DNA of 64,000 nucleotides from Eledone cirrhosa (lineage: Eukaryota), in assembly GCA_964016885.1 (NCBI GenBank), contig OZ024754.1, positions 35,154,001 through 35,218,000 of the forward strand, given 5' to 3'. Positions within the stretch are counted from its first letter, which is position 1; each line of letters begins with the position of its first letter. Position numbers and translations under genes: made by a program. Below, piece by piece: positions 12,908 through 29,890 of this stretch. A model generated the notes under the pieces. It saw only the letters and a list, made by a program, of their open reading frames with translations, did no database searches and had not been told where the DNA came from.

Positions 12908-13197
12908 CACACATTTATATATACACATACATTTATATATATATATACATATACATATATATATACATGTACATATATATATACATGTACATATATACAG
13001 ATATACATATATACATATATACATATATATATACATATATGTATATATATATGCATATATATATACACATATGTATATATATATATGCATATATATATAC
13101 ACATATGTAAATATATATATACACATATGTATATATATATACGTATATACACATATGTATATATATATATACACATATATATACACATATTTATACA

Positions 13198-13236
<39 letters not shown>

Positions 13237-13497
13237 ATATATACATATATATACATATACACATATTTATACATATATGTATATATATATATACATATAT
13301 ATACATATACACATATTTATACATATATGTATATATATATATATACATATATATACATATACACATATTTATACATATATGTATATATACATATATATAC
13401 ATATACACATATTTATACATATATATATATATACATATATATACATATATATATATATACATATATATACATATATATACATATATATATATATACA

Positions 13498-13537
<40 letters not shown>

Positions 13538-13620
13538 CATATATATACATATATATACACACACATATATATACATGTATATATATATATATACGCACAT
13601 ATATATACATATATATACAC

Positions 13621-13651
<31 letters not shown>

Positions 13652-13679
13652 TATATACATATACATACATACATACATG

Positions 13680-13733
<54 letters not shown>

Positions 13734-13763
13734 CACACATATATACATATATGTGTTATATAT

Positions 13764-13836
<73 letters not shown>

Positions 13837-13853
13837 TATATATGTGTGTGTGT
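11940..13853. repeat. (TA)n/(TACA)n compound microsatellite block interrupted by a SINE
   Basis: Direct reading. Confidence 0.95.
12523..12852 (+). mobile_element. tRNA-derived SINE with family B head
   Basis: tgacttagtagatagagc (box A-like), gtgagttcgattctc (box B), gtccttgagcaag...tttcacattgctcc body. Confidence 0.8.
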
Positions 13854-14716
13854 AATAGATGTAATAAAAAAAAATCTGTTATTTACTTTCAAAATAAAAT
13901 AAAATGAAATTATTAAAATAAAAAATAATTTTCCTCTCTTCGATCTTTAGGATACATTGAAAAAGGTACACTTAAAGCAAGGTTTGTGACAGTGGGGTGC
14001 AGCAATATGTGGGTTATATTGGAAGCCCATTTGGGTTTTAGGTGTGTAGGAGCCATGAAAAAATGCATACAATTTCATTAAGCACGACATTGAATAATAT
14101 GTCTTTAATAAGTGTCAAGGAATTATTCTGTGTTGAAATACAGCAAAGATAATGGTAGAAGATAAAACTGCTTTTGGTATGCTTGTAAATAAGGAATATA
14201 TTTTCAGCAGCAATTCTTTCTCAAAATGATTATATTTTCCATTTTATTAGTGAATGTTTTCAACATACTTCTTTTCTCTCATATCCATTAATTTTATGTA
14301 GGAAAAATATTCTCTGAGTATGAAGAATTTAAGTAAAAGTATTGGTAGAGAATTTGAACCAAAGTTTGGTAAATGCAGCAGTATATTATTGATGGCAGAT
14401 TTCCTGTTCCATAATGACAATAAATATGATATTGTTAGATGTTTGGGTCATATTTTTCAAATATGTAAGCATGTTATATGCCTTTTACTACTGATGGTCT
14501 TGAAGGATTTGGTTCCACAATAAGATATTTAAAGCAGAATTATGTAAAGATATTTAATCTCAAATAATTGCTTTAGCATTTATTGTCTGATTAGATTTTT
14601 ATCCTGTTGTCCCATAATATGTTCACCTTTACATGTGTTGAAAAATGAGATACAGAGGTAGACCAATAGATAGAAAGATGGACTGATAGATACATAGAGA
14701 GATATAGAAAGAGAGA

Positions 14717-14779
<63 letters not shown>

Positions 14780-15039
14780 AAGACTAAGAGATAGAACAAA
14801 TAGAGAGAGAGAGATGAAGGTCAGAAAGAAAAATTGACAAAGATTGAGAGAAAGAAAATGAAAATAATCTTGAGCAGAACAAGTTATTTATTGCTTCACA
14901 TCAAATGAAGAACTTTTTTTGGGATGAAGTCTATCATCAAAGATATCTTTGTAATGTATGGAGAGCAAAAAAAGTTCTGGAGAAATAAGTAAAATAAAAG
15001 AGTCAAAGTAAAAAGACCAAGAAGAACCATGTATGCATA

Positions 15040-15083
<44 letters not shown>

Positions 15084-15464
15084 GAAACTGGATCAGCAGT
15101 CGGTGGCTAGCTGACTTGTCTATTGTTTCTTTTGTGTTTTTAATGTAAAGGGAATTGAAGTAAAAATATATATAAGCTTAACAAGTATCCCAACAACAGC
15201 AACATTAACAACAATGGCGACAAGATACAGAGAAATGCCAAGCTCAAAGCAAAACATTACATCTCCAAAGGAAACAGTTAGTGTCAAATAAAAGAAATAT
15301 GCTATTCTTTTATTATTAGATAAGAATGAGTTTATATTAGAAAGACTAACAGACAAATGAGTGTCATATTGAATAACTCAAGGTAAGGAATTACAACAGA
15401 AGCAAATATATATGGTTGTATATATATTTGATAGATTTCAGGCAGTATTGCACCACCGTAGCTG

Positions 15465-18355
<2,891 letters not shown>

Positions 18356-18574
18356 AAGAAAAGAAAGGGTTGACATTGATGAGGAAGAAAAGAAAAGAAA
18401 AAAAAGACTGACATTGATAAACTAAACTAAAACAGTTTATATTTCAAGTTTTAGCAGTTGACAACAATCATCACATGAAGCATATCAACTGTTTTATCTC
18501 AGTTGATTTCTGAAAGTAAAGGATTGTGTATTGTCCATGATTCCACACAGAAGAACAACAACAATATTTATAAT

Positions 18575-19478
18575 AATAATAATTGTTTCTACTTTAGGCA
18601 CAAGGCCAGCAATTACCCAGTGCATTACTGGTACTTTATTTTATCGACCCCGTAAGGATGAAAGGCAAAGTCAACCTCGGCGGGATTTGAACTCAGATCG
18701 TAAAGCGACGTAACTCTATGCTGGAAAGCATGGAGTCCGACCCTCCACCGATACTGCCAATCCACCGCCTTATAATAATAATAATTGTTTCTACTTTAGG
18801 CACAAGGCCAGCAATTACCCAGTGCATTACTGGTACTTTATTTTATCGACCCCGTAAGGATGAAAGGCAAAGTCAACCTCGGCGGGATTTGAACTCAGAT
18901 CGTAAAGCGACGTAACTCTATGCTGGAAAGCATGGAGTCCGACCCTCCACCGATACTGCCAATCCACCGCCTTATAATAATAATAATTGTTTCTACTTTA
19001 GGCACAAGGCCAGCAATTACCCAGTGCATTACTGGTACTTTATTTTATCGACCCCGTAAGGATGAAAGGCAAAGTCAACCTCGGCGGGATTTGAACTCAG
19101 ATCGTAAAGCGACGTAACTCTATGCTGGAAAGCATGGAGTCCGACCCTCCACCGATACTGCCAATCCACCGCCTTATAATAATAATAATTGTTTCTACTT
19201 TTGGCACAAGGCCAGCAATTACCCAGTGCATTACTGGTACTTTATTTTATCGACCCCGTAAGGATGAAAGGCAAAGTCAACCTCGGCGGGATTTGAACTC
19301 AGATCGTAAAGCGACGTAACTCTATGCTGGAAAGCATGGAGTCCGACCCTCCACCGATACTGCCAATCCACCGCCTTATAATAATAATAATTGTTTCTAC
19401 TTTTGGCACAAGGCCAGCAATTACCCAGTGCATTACTGGTACTTTATTTTATCGACCCCGTAAGGATGAAAGGCAAAG
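18575..19478 (-). mobile_element. Head-to-tail tandem array of family A SINE, about 4.5 units of 202 bp
   Basis: Units recur every 202 nt (ORF track starts 18718, 18920, 19122, 19324) and are identical except actttagg (3 units) versus acttttgg (2 units). Confidence 0.95.
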
Positions 19479-19673
19479 TTATAATAATAATAATCATTGG
19501 CATAGCAGAAATGGCCGACACCCAAATAAACAATGAAAGCTGAAAATTGTTGAAGAAAGAAAGAAAAAAATGGTACAGAATTTACATAGAAAAGCAAAGG
19601 AGTGGTTTATTATTCTGGAGGAGGACCCTAACCTGTTCTTTGTAGTCATGATATGAAAAGTTGAGGCACTTAC

Positions 19674-20144
19674 ATTGTCTTCCAGTTTTGTCATGTCTAC
19701 GACAACTTCGGGTAGTAAATGGGATCCTCGTCTTTTACCCCAGTTCCAAGGGTTGTCTAATTTTCCTTCTTTAAATTTTAACGGATCCCCTGATGATTGT
19801 TGTGAGTGTCTGCTTGTATGAGATGTTCGACTAATTTGTGACGCATAACTACTACGCCTTGATGATAATCTCCCATCAACATGGGACCATCTGCGTTGGT
19901 GAGACAAAAAACTAGATCTCCTACCATTGAGAACACTTTTTAAAGGTAGGTTGCATAAATCGTCTGATGTTGGCGTGACTGCATTAGAGTCATCTGCGAA
20001 TGGTAAGTTTAGATTCTCCAAATAATGTGGCATAAGCGGTTGCCGATCATTAGCACGGGTATTTTTTACTTTCCTCCAAGAGAGCTGACTGGTTTTGCTG
20101 CCACGACGAAGAGGGAACGGTGAGCCAGGCAAACTTAAGCTGGC
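19674..20144 (-). CDS. Nav1: Sodium channel exon, intracellular loop I-II
   Basis: 471 nt: ASLSLPGSPFPLRRGSK...DRQPL...LNLPFADDSNAVTP...SRRSSYAS...KLEDN. SLSLPGSPF, LNLPFADDSNAVTP and RRSSY are conserved in invertebrate Nav1 loop I-II. Acceptor ttctctcccatttcag, donor AAT|gtaagt, phase 0/0. Confidence 0.95.
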
Positions 20145-21108
20145 CTGAAATGGGAGAGAATATGTGAGGATCACAAAACAGCATCTTCAGCAAGACAAGG
20201 GATGGTGTTAAATTAAAAGAAAACAATAACAGATTGTTGAAAAGATTAGGCAGCCACATGTTAGCTCAGGTAGACGGAAGTAACAAAATTAAAGGACAAA
20301 GAAATTCATCTTCTTTTAAGACCCTTAAGATTCACAACAAACTGTATGTTTAATGAAGAGGGGTAAGGTTATTAAAAGAAAGATAAAGAGAGAGTGATAA
20401 TTGGAAAAAGTGGCAGTTCCTAATTTTGTCACCTTAACTCACTCTTTTGAAATGGAAGTTAAGAAATGTATTGGTTTGGCATATATATATATATATTTTT
20501 TCTTAATATATATTCCTACAGTCTGGGAGTTTAATGAGAGAATCAAATATTGGATCATTTTTTCACAGTGAACCATACTAAAAATTTTGGTACATTGCCA
20601 CTCCTTTGCATCTCTTTGATTGCTGAGTCCAAGGGTTTTTTTTTTTTGGTTCCAAAGCAGATAAGACATATTGAATACATTGTTTTCATCACATTCATGC
20701 CTGGAGAATAACAAGGGAAACAGCAGGGAATAATGAAAGGAAATAACAATAAGGAGGGGGAATATATTATTTTTTTCATTCGTCTTGCTTGGTTTGGTGG
20801 GTGAGAAAGCTGGGTAGTTTTGGAAAGGTCTATGAACACATTTAGGAAAATATTAACTAGTGAAAATGGAGATAAATTTGAGAACAAATTATGAAGGACA
20901 CAGGTAAAGGAGCAAGGTGAATATTCATTTTGTGGTTTCAGTCTACCTGTCTGCCATAGGGCAGTCATACAATATATTGTCAACGTAAAGCAGAACACAA
21001 CATAGTCCCAAGCTAAAAACAGCCAAGCTCATGCATAGCAAAACATGCGGACATATGAAGAAGCTAATGTGAAATAGCTGCAGACAAAGTCACATGAAAT
21101 ATTAAAAT

Positions 21109-21155
<47 letters not shown>

Positions 21156-22974
21156 TACATATATACATGCACACATATATATATTATGTGTGTACATACA
21201 TATATATATATATAAGTACACACATATATATATTTATGCATATATATATATATGTATGTATATATGAATATATCTATACATGAATATATCTATACATGAA
21301 TACATATGTGTGTATGTGTGTGTATGTGTACAACTGTTATGTACTTATCTTGGTGAGTTAACTATTTCATTAAAAATACCATACTATACATTTATTTGTC
21401 AATTACTTTTTAGTTGAAGTTTATATTTATTTTAAAAATACGTTAATATATATTCCATATATTATTCAAAATCATTTTCTGCTGCACTTTATTGCATACA
21501 TTATGAAAATTAGCAAGCATGTATTAAACATTTTTTTAAAAGATATTATTCTGTGTCTGTACGCAAGAAAATATCTATTAAATAAAATTTTCTAAGTTAT
21601 TAATTCCCTTCAATAAAATAGCAATGTTTTCTTTTTAATAGATTAAAAAAATATAATGCCATTTTATATTTCTTACTTTGAATATTATTTTATCAATAAA
21701 ATATAATTTCAACTTAATTAGAATGTAGAGAATCCTGCTTTACTGTCATGCTTAAATTGTTTTCTTTTAGATCAAATAAAAGTTTACATGCACACACACA
21801 TATACACAACCACACACACATATATATATGATCTATTAATTTAACAAATATATATATAATCTATTATGTAAACTAATATATATATATATTTACAGATTCG
21901 TATTTAGTTTTATATTTCATGAAATTGAAAGGCTTTTTGGTGAAAAGGTAATACTTTATTATATTCTCAGGTAGAGAGAGAAGAAAAGGTGTCATTATTA
22001 AATTAAAGGCATAGTGGAAAGAAGAATACTGTGGGTAGACTATCTAACGTAAATTTAGAGACAAATTGAAATTAAAAAAATGCAATATATCCGTGGTGTG
22101 ATTGACAAAAGCAGGGGCAGAATTTTTTAAAATTTGTGTAAATGTGCTCTCATTAACAGTGTCCAAGTGAGATTTTCCAAAATAAATATACTAAGAATTG
22201 CCTGAATTTTGTTGAAATTCAGTTTAGAAAAAAAGAAAAAAATATAATTGAAGCCATTTTCAAAATCATTTTTATATCATTCCAGGTTTCAATATACTTT
22301 TTGAACAAGAAAAGAGAGAGAGAGGGGAAGAAAGGGAAAAAAAAAAGAAAAATCAAAGAGGAAAATGTATTTATTATTTTAGTTTTAATTTTGTGATATG
22401 ACTGTAATTAATTAATTCCTGATTTTTCCTAACACAATTTAAAGAATTCATACATTATTTGAGGAAAAATTTTAAGTGAAATTAATTTCCCTTACAAATC
22501 TTGTATATTTTCATCTGTCCTTTATTTCCTAGTTTCATTTGTACTATCTGGATAAAACTGGCTAGTAACCTGTGCTATTAACATATGAATATGTTTGATT
22601 CTATTAACTAACTTTATAACTTGATAAGTCTCTTTGATGGATGAAAGCTCTTGTTTCAAATTACAATGTTTTATTTAATATTTTAATTCAAGTGCTAAAC
22701 AGTATTTTATTATTTCTATAGACAATTATGTTTTATTGCTTTATAAATAATATATAAATAATATATATATAACTGACCTCATTATGAAGATAGGGTTAAC
22801 ATCAATGAGATTTAATTTAATTTATTTATCTATCTTTAATTTTTTTATCAGTGATCCCAAAACACATTTTCTAGTTTGGCATAAGTTTAATTTTGAGAAG
22901 AAATATAATATAATTTTTTTTTTACAGAAGCAGAAATAGTATTAGTATTAGTAGTAGTAGTAATGTATTTTTTT

Positions 22975-23137
22975 AAATTTAGGCACAAGGCCAGCAATTT
23001 GGCCAGAGTAGAAAATCAGTGAAATCAACCCTTGTACTTGACTAGTACTTTATTTTATCAACCCCGGAAGGATGAATGGCAAAGCTAACCTCAGCCGGTT
23101 TCCCGATGCTCTACCCACACTGCCAATCCACAGTCCT
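22975..23137 (-). mobile_element. Family A SINE, diverged and internally deleted
   Basis: aggcacaaggccagcaatt ... aaggatgaatggcaaagctaacctc ... ctgccaatccac. Confidence 0.8.
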
Positions 23138-23674
23138 TATAATATCACGATAGCAATTTAATGTATTCTAAATGTTCCTATTATTGTTTAAATGATTATA
23201 GTAGTAGTGTTAGAAGTAAGAGAGGATAAAAAACAACCTCCTTGCCAGTAATCAATAGATGCTTTGTTATTTTTCAGATGAAATATTTTTTCAAATCAAC
23301 AATTTTGAGTCTTTACATTTAGGCCTATGAATAATGTAACCTTCATCCTCCATGAGGCAGGCGAAATTTTTACTAGATTAATTGTTTTGGGGTGGGCAAA
23401 TAAGAAAAAAATAACATCTCCCAAGTCAGGAAATATGGTGTGTAATAAACATTAATTTTGAAATTATACACAGAAATTAGGCAATTTTGTGTGGGAGAAG
23501 AAGAAAAAAGATAAGAAAGAAAACAATCAACTGTGCCAACTCAATAATAATAATAATAATAAGTGAAAAAACGACAAGCTTGTTTTCATTGTATTTCCTC
23601 AATTGGAAGAAGCTGAAATAATTGTGCGTTTTGTTTGTTACAAAATGTGCAAATTTTAAAATTGCTTTTGTCCA

Positions 23675-24248
<574 letters not shown>

Positions 24249-25031
24249 TGGTATCAAGATGTTGTGTGTTTCGTGCTGTTGAAGAAGTTCTCAAAATTGA
24301 AGCTCTTCTTCAAATAGAGAGAACAAAAGGACTTATCAGAAACAAGGTGTAGTAGTAAAATGGATGTCTTTGCTGAATTATGAGGGAGGGGTGGAGAAAA
24401 TAATTTGAAAGAAGAAACAATTTGAAATATAAGGAATTAAAAGAATTGCCATCCCTTAACCTTTTCCTCATACATGGATGGCATGAATATAACTTTTTAG
24501 TCAGACCAATGACTTAGATTCCTTTCTGCATATGCTGCAGCAAAAGAAAAAAGAAAATGCCAGGCTCATGTAACACATGAAAGTCATTTAGATCAAGTAA
24601 TGTCTGTGCTTGAAACTTTTTTAAGTGACGAAAGGACCAATCCAACTCTCTGAACAATGGTGACAGATATCCAAAATGAAGAACAGCTCAGCATCATTGG
24701 CTGCCATTGCAAGTTTTACATCAGAGTTTTCCTTCTAGAATGATATTCTAACAAGAGCTAGGGGCCTCTCACTCCCAGTGGGCTAACCGCGCGCTTGGGC
24801 ATCAAACTGACTATTTCCATGTCCCTGCACACACATACATATGAATGTGTGTATGTGTATGCATTAATTTGTATAAACATATATATATCTAGTGTGTTTT
24901 GTGTGTTTATATAGATGTGTGTGTGTATATAGATGATGTATACTATATATATATAATTATACATATAGGTGTGTATATGAAACCATATACAATATGCTTA
25001 TGTATAATAAACCTACGAGAGTCTTGCTATG

Positions 25032-25073
<42 letters not shown>

Positions 25074-25074
<1 letters not shown>

Positions 25075-25132
25075 TGATGATTTCTTCCGAATGAAACAGT
25101 TCTAGTTCTGTAGAAGACATTTCTATATTAAA
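25074..25132 (+). ncRNA. Truncated hammerhead motif, same family as 61018-61068
   Basis: CTGATGA-TTTC-TTCC-GAAT-GAAA-CAG-TTCTAGTT-CTG-TA, embedded in (TA)n. The 5' strand of stem I is absent. Confidence 0.6.
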
Positions 25133-25344
25133 TATATATATACACAGAATATATATATATATTAATATATATTAGAAGTTATAGGTTAAATGAAAGTGTG
25201 GAAGATGAACTAAATGGATTTCGGTTAAATACTCCTCTTATTCACATAAATACTTTACAAATCTTTCTCTATATATGTGTCTATATACATATTTATATAC
25301 AAATCTATCTATGTAAATGTAGTATACATGTATAAATCTACCAT

Positions 25345-25437
25345 TAACTTTGCCTTTCATCCTTACGGGGTCGATAAAATAAAGTACCAGTAATGTACTG
25401 GGTAATTGCTGGCCTTGTGCCTAAAGTAGAAACAATT
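25345..25437 (+). mobile_element. 5'-truncated family A SINE in the rare orientation
   Basis: ttaactttgcctttcatccttacggggtcgataaaataaagtaccag...gtgcctaaagtagaaacaatta. Confidence 0.9.
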
Positions 25438-25507
25438 ATATATATATATCAATATATACAACTATCTACATTTATAGCTGTCCATATAAATTTGTCTGTC
25501 TTTACAA

Positions 25508-25539
<32 letters not shown>

Positions 25540-25611
25540 GTATGTATACATCTATCTCTCTCTATATATAAGTGTGATGGACTGACATGGAAAAACAACT
25601 CTTTTTAAAAA

Positions 25612-25793
25612 TAATTGTTTCTACATTTGGCACAAGGCCAGCAATTACTCAGTGCATTACTGGTACTTTATTTTATCGACCCCGTAAGGATGAAAGGTAA
25701 AGTTAACCTCGGCGGGATTTGAACTCAGAATGGCAAGGGCCGTAACTCTATACGTCAAAGCATGGCGTCCGACCCTCTACCGATACTGCCAAT
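25612..25793 (-). mobile_element. Family A SINE
   Basis: Near-consensus copy. Confidence 0.9.
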
Positions 25794-27529
25794 AATGAAA
25801 TAGAATTAGGGATGTAACCAATGACATATGATAATTGTTTATTAATTAATTGTTTTGTTGCTGAAAACTTAACATGATATGAACTATGTGAAAAATTTGG
25901 AAAGCTCTGCTATATAACTTTGATAGGTTTCGGCCAGTAATTGCGCAGGCCATGTCTTATATCTTAGTTCACTCCATGTATGTTATTTCTATTATCAACT
26001 TTAAATGTTCTTTATAAGTCTCACAGTAATATTTGGGGTTCTAATCATGAAAAAAGGCTAGAGGCCACTGCACTAAACCATATACCACTGTTGGACTGTT
26101 GGAGGAAAATACATCTTCCATGCCAGAATGTATTAAATACTTTTTGGTTGGCTCTTTTACTGGTTTGAATAAGTTATTTGGTGCTTAATCACACCTAACT
26201 GAAGTGGTTAGGTTACTTGATTTCTGGACTGGACAATGCATTATGTCCTCACATTGTTCCATATCACTCTACTGAAAAAAATGTGCACCAGTACCAGTTG
26301 GAGGTTTACCCTGAGATGGACTAGCATCTTGTACTCCGTGTCACGTAACCCAGATGAAACTGGATGAGCTACAGTTAAATGAGTCTGTAGGCTTGGAAAA
26401 GATTTTAACTCACTTAACATTTAGGTTCCTAGATGATACTGGGTGGTCCATTGGAAAATACATTTAGATAAAAGGGGTCTCTGGAAGTGAAAAGATTGGC
26501 ACCATTGCCATAGGACGTAAGAACTGAACTAAATACCAGTATAGATAATATTTCATCTTTCAAGCCATGAATCAAAAAGACTAAAACATTAAAATTTGCA
26601 TACAATTTCATTCAATGTATTAGAAAGTGAGAACCTAATAGAGAAATAGGAATGCAAGGAAAGTATAAAAAAATGGAAAAAAAAAAAATGGAGTGAGAAG
26701 TTTCTTTTTAACAAGAAACAACAGAGTAATTTGTAAGGAGAGTTCCACAGAATATATTGAATTGACTATAGTATTGAACCACTGGATATAATAATAACTA
26801 GGCTATTTCAAATTAAATTCACCGAAATAATATTTTGGTCTAGGAAAGGAAGTTATAGTCTAAATTTATCAGAGCGCTAACTGGATCAATGAAACAGATT
26901 AGGAATAAACTGTGTTAATGCAAGATTTTCCACACTTTTTATGTTCTGTTTTTCAATATTTTTATTAGATATTCACAAAATATCAAAAATAACTGAATTC
27001 TCTAATATAAAGAAAGGAAAATGGTGAACGGACAGATATATGAATAAATAAACTGACATATGTATATAAATTCATGGCACACACACACCCATGCACAAAC
27101 ACACACATTTGCATACAAATTGTCACATTTATGAATAGATATTAAGGATTGAATCTAAGTACATTCATATTTACACACAGACACACACTTACTTGCACAC
27201 ACACACACACATGCACTCTCACATACACACAAACTAGCATAGTACCTGTAAAAAATGACAGTATGATATAATTTATGCAAGATAATATTTACGAAAGAAT
27301 AAGATATGGATAGAGATAGCGACATTGGCTTATGTATATAGAGATATAGAGAGAGCTCAGATGATGGCAGAAGTAAGATTAATGAGAGAATGAAGAAGAG
27401 AGGAGGAATAAGTGGGTGAAGAAGAATATATATATATATACATATAAATATACATAAAAATATATATATATACATATAAATATATATATATATAAATATA
27501 TATATATATAAATATATATATATATAAAT

Positions 27530-27599
<70 letters not shown>

Positions 27600-27670
27600 A
27601 TATATGTATAAATATATATATAAATATACATATACATATAAATATATAAATATACATATATATATATATA

Positions 27671-28072
27671 GAAACGAGTAGGACCCCGACGGCTGAGCTC
27701 AAGCCGTTTCGACGGCTAATTCTGGATGAAACGGCTTGAGCTCAGTCGTCGGGGTCCTACTCGTTCCTATTACCCACTCTACTACCCTAAGTATTGAGTA
27801 CTTTGGTGCGTTATGGTCCACCTGGTTTCTTACCACATTTCCTTCGTTATATATATATATATAAAAATATATATACATTCAGGACCCTGATGGCTGAGCT
27901 TCAGCCATTTTGACAGCTAGATCCAAACTGTTTGGATCTAACTGTTGAAATGGCTGCTGGAGCTCAGCTGTCGGGGTCCTGAATCTTTTCATATTACCCA
28001 CTCTACTAATCTAAGTATCAAGTACTCTAGTGGGTTATGGTCTAGCTGGATTTTACCACACCCTATCTGATA
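27671..28072 (+). mobile_element. Two related fold-back mini-elements in tandem (27671-27848 and 27877-28072)
   Basis: 40-bp arms at 27671-27710 and 27728-27767, and a second hairpin at 27877-27984. Shared tail tattacccactctact..ctaagtat..agtact..ggtg.gttatggtc. Flanked by (TA)n. Confidence 0.7.
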
Positions 28073-28093
28073 TATATATATATATATAAATAT

Positions 28094-28668
28094 ATGTATT
28101 CCACAACTCCCAACCTCACACATACCACTGCATCTAATTTAGCAAAATCACGTAGCCATAGTAACATAAACAATCCAGAAGTTAGTTTTAGCTGTAATAG
28201 TAGGAATATGGACTACTACCCTCTAGCAGGGAAATGCCTATCTAGCAATATAGTTTACAAATGTAAGGATGATATAAGATTAACTGCCAATAGATCTAAG
28301 CAGTGTCAGTACATGCACTCTCATACATTTCGTAATCTTTTAACAAGGAACATAAGTTCCCTTTCAGCCTATATCTGGAGTTTAAAAGATAATCACATCC
28401 GATATAGGTTTCACTGGGAGATTTTAGTTAAAGCTAGATCCTATAATGACAATAAAAGACTGTGTGATCTTTGCACTGCAGAAATACTTTATGCCGATGA
28501 ACAAATCATAAACAAAAATGCCTAAAGCAATTTGGCTTGTAAGCATAAATTGTATAAGACTTTCATGTATTACAGCCCCACATTATATCCTAATGGATAG
28601 TATAGTCACTATGCTGATGATATACATCATGATGTAGTAGCTAAGAACGTTCTAACTTTATACCCAAA
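28094..28668 (+). mobile_element. Penelope-like element 3' fragment, decayed GIY-YIG endonuclease region
   Basis: CNSRN...PLAGKCLSSNIVYKC, HSHTFRN..SLSAYIWSLKD..HWEILVKARSY..RLCDLCTAE..INK, then ACKHK. This matches the C-terminal pattern of invertebrate Penelope-like ORFs. A CTGATGA plus the hairpin TACATC-AT-GATGTA follows at about 28614-28636. Confidence 0.8.
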
Positions 28669-28787
28669 TTTATTTATTTATATATGTATATATAGAACAT
28701 CTTATACATATCACTAATGGGGGTGATAAAATATCATTCCTAGGGATATACACAACCTCAAGCAACTTAAATATAAGGAGCCTGACC

Positions 28788-29890
28788 ATATATGTATATG
28801 TATGTATATGTATGCATATGTATATGTATGTATATGTATATGTATGCATATGTATATGTATGTATATGTATATGTATATGCATATGTATATGTATGCATA
28901 TGTATATGTATGCATATGTATATGTATGTATATGTATGCATATGTATATGTATGTATATGTATGCATATGTATATGTATGTATATGTATGCATATGTATA
29001 TGTATGTATATGTATGCATATGTATATGTATGCATATGTATATGTATGTATATGTATGCATATGTATATGTATGTATATGTATATGTATGCATATGTATA
29101 TGTATGTATATGTATATGTATGCATATGTATATGTATGTATATGTATATGTATGCATATGTATATGTATGTATATGTATATGTATGCATATGTATATGTA
29201 TGCATATGTATATGTATGTATATGTATGCATATGTATATGTATGTATATGTATGCATATGTATATGTATGTATATGTATGCATATGTATATGTATGTATA
29301 TGTATATGTATGCATATGTATATGTATGTATATATATATGTATGTATATGTATGCATATGTATATGTATGTATATGTATATGTATGCATATGTATATGTA
29401 TGTATATGTATATGTATGTATGTGTATGTATATGTATATGTATATGTATGCATATGAATATGTATGTATATGTATATGTATGTATATGTATGCATATGTA
29501 TATGTATGTATATGTATATGTATGCATATGTATATGTATATGTATGTATATGTATATGTATGCATATGTATATGTATGTATATGTATATGTATGTATATG
29601 TATGCATATGTATATGTATGTATATGTATATGTATGCATATGTATATGTATGTATATGTATATGTATGTATATGTATGCATATGTATATGTATGTATATG
29701 TATATGTATGCATATGTATATGTATATGTATGCATATGTATATGTATGTATATGTATATGTATGCATATGTATATGTATGCATATGTATATGTATATGTA
29801 TGCATATGTATATGTATGTATATGTATATGTATGCATATGTATATGTATGCATATGTATATGTATGTATATGTATGTATATGTATGCATA
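28788..29890. repeat. (TATG)/(TATATG)/(CATATG) compound satellite
   Basis: Direct reading, about 1.1 kb of alternating purine-pyrimidine sequence. Confidence 0.95.

Noticed and set aside
18531-19536. Repeated 65-aa ORFs and a CRISPR-like regular array
   Set aside because: The units are whole SINE copies with no unique spacers, and the context is eukaryotic. The ORFs are antisense SINE translations.
20947-21012. Possible 66-nt exon (tttttag ... CAG|gtagac) upstream of the 20144 exon
   Set aside because: In-frame TGA in phase 0, weak donor and no homology. A poison exon cannot be supported without RNA data.
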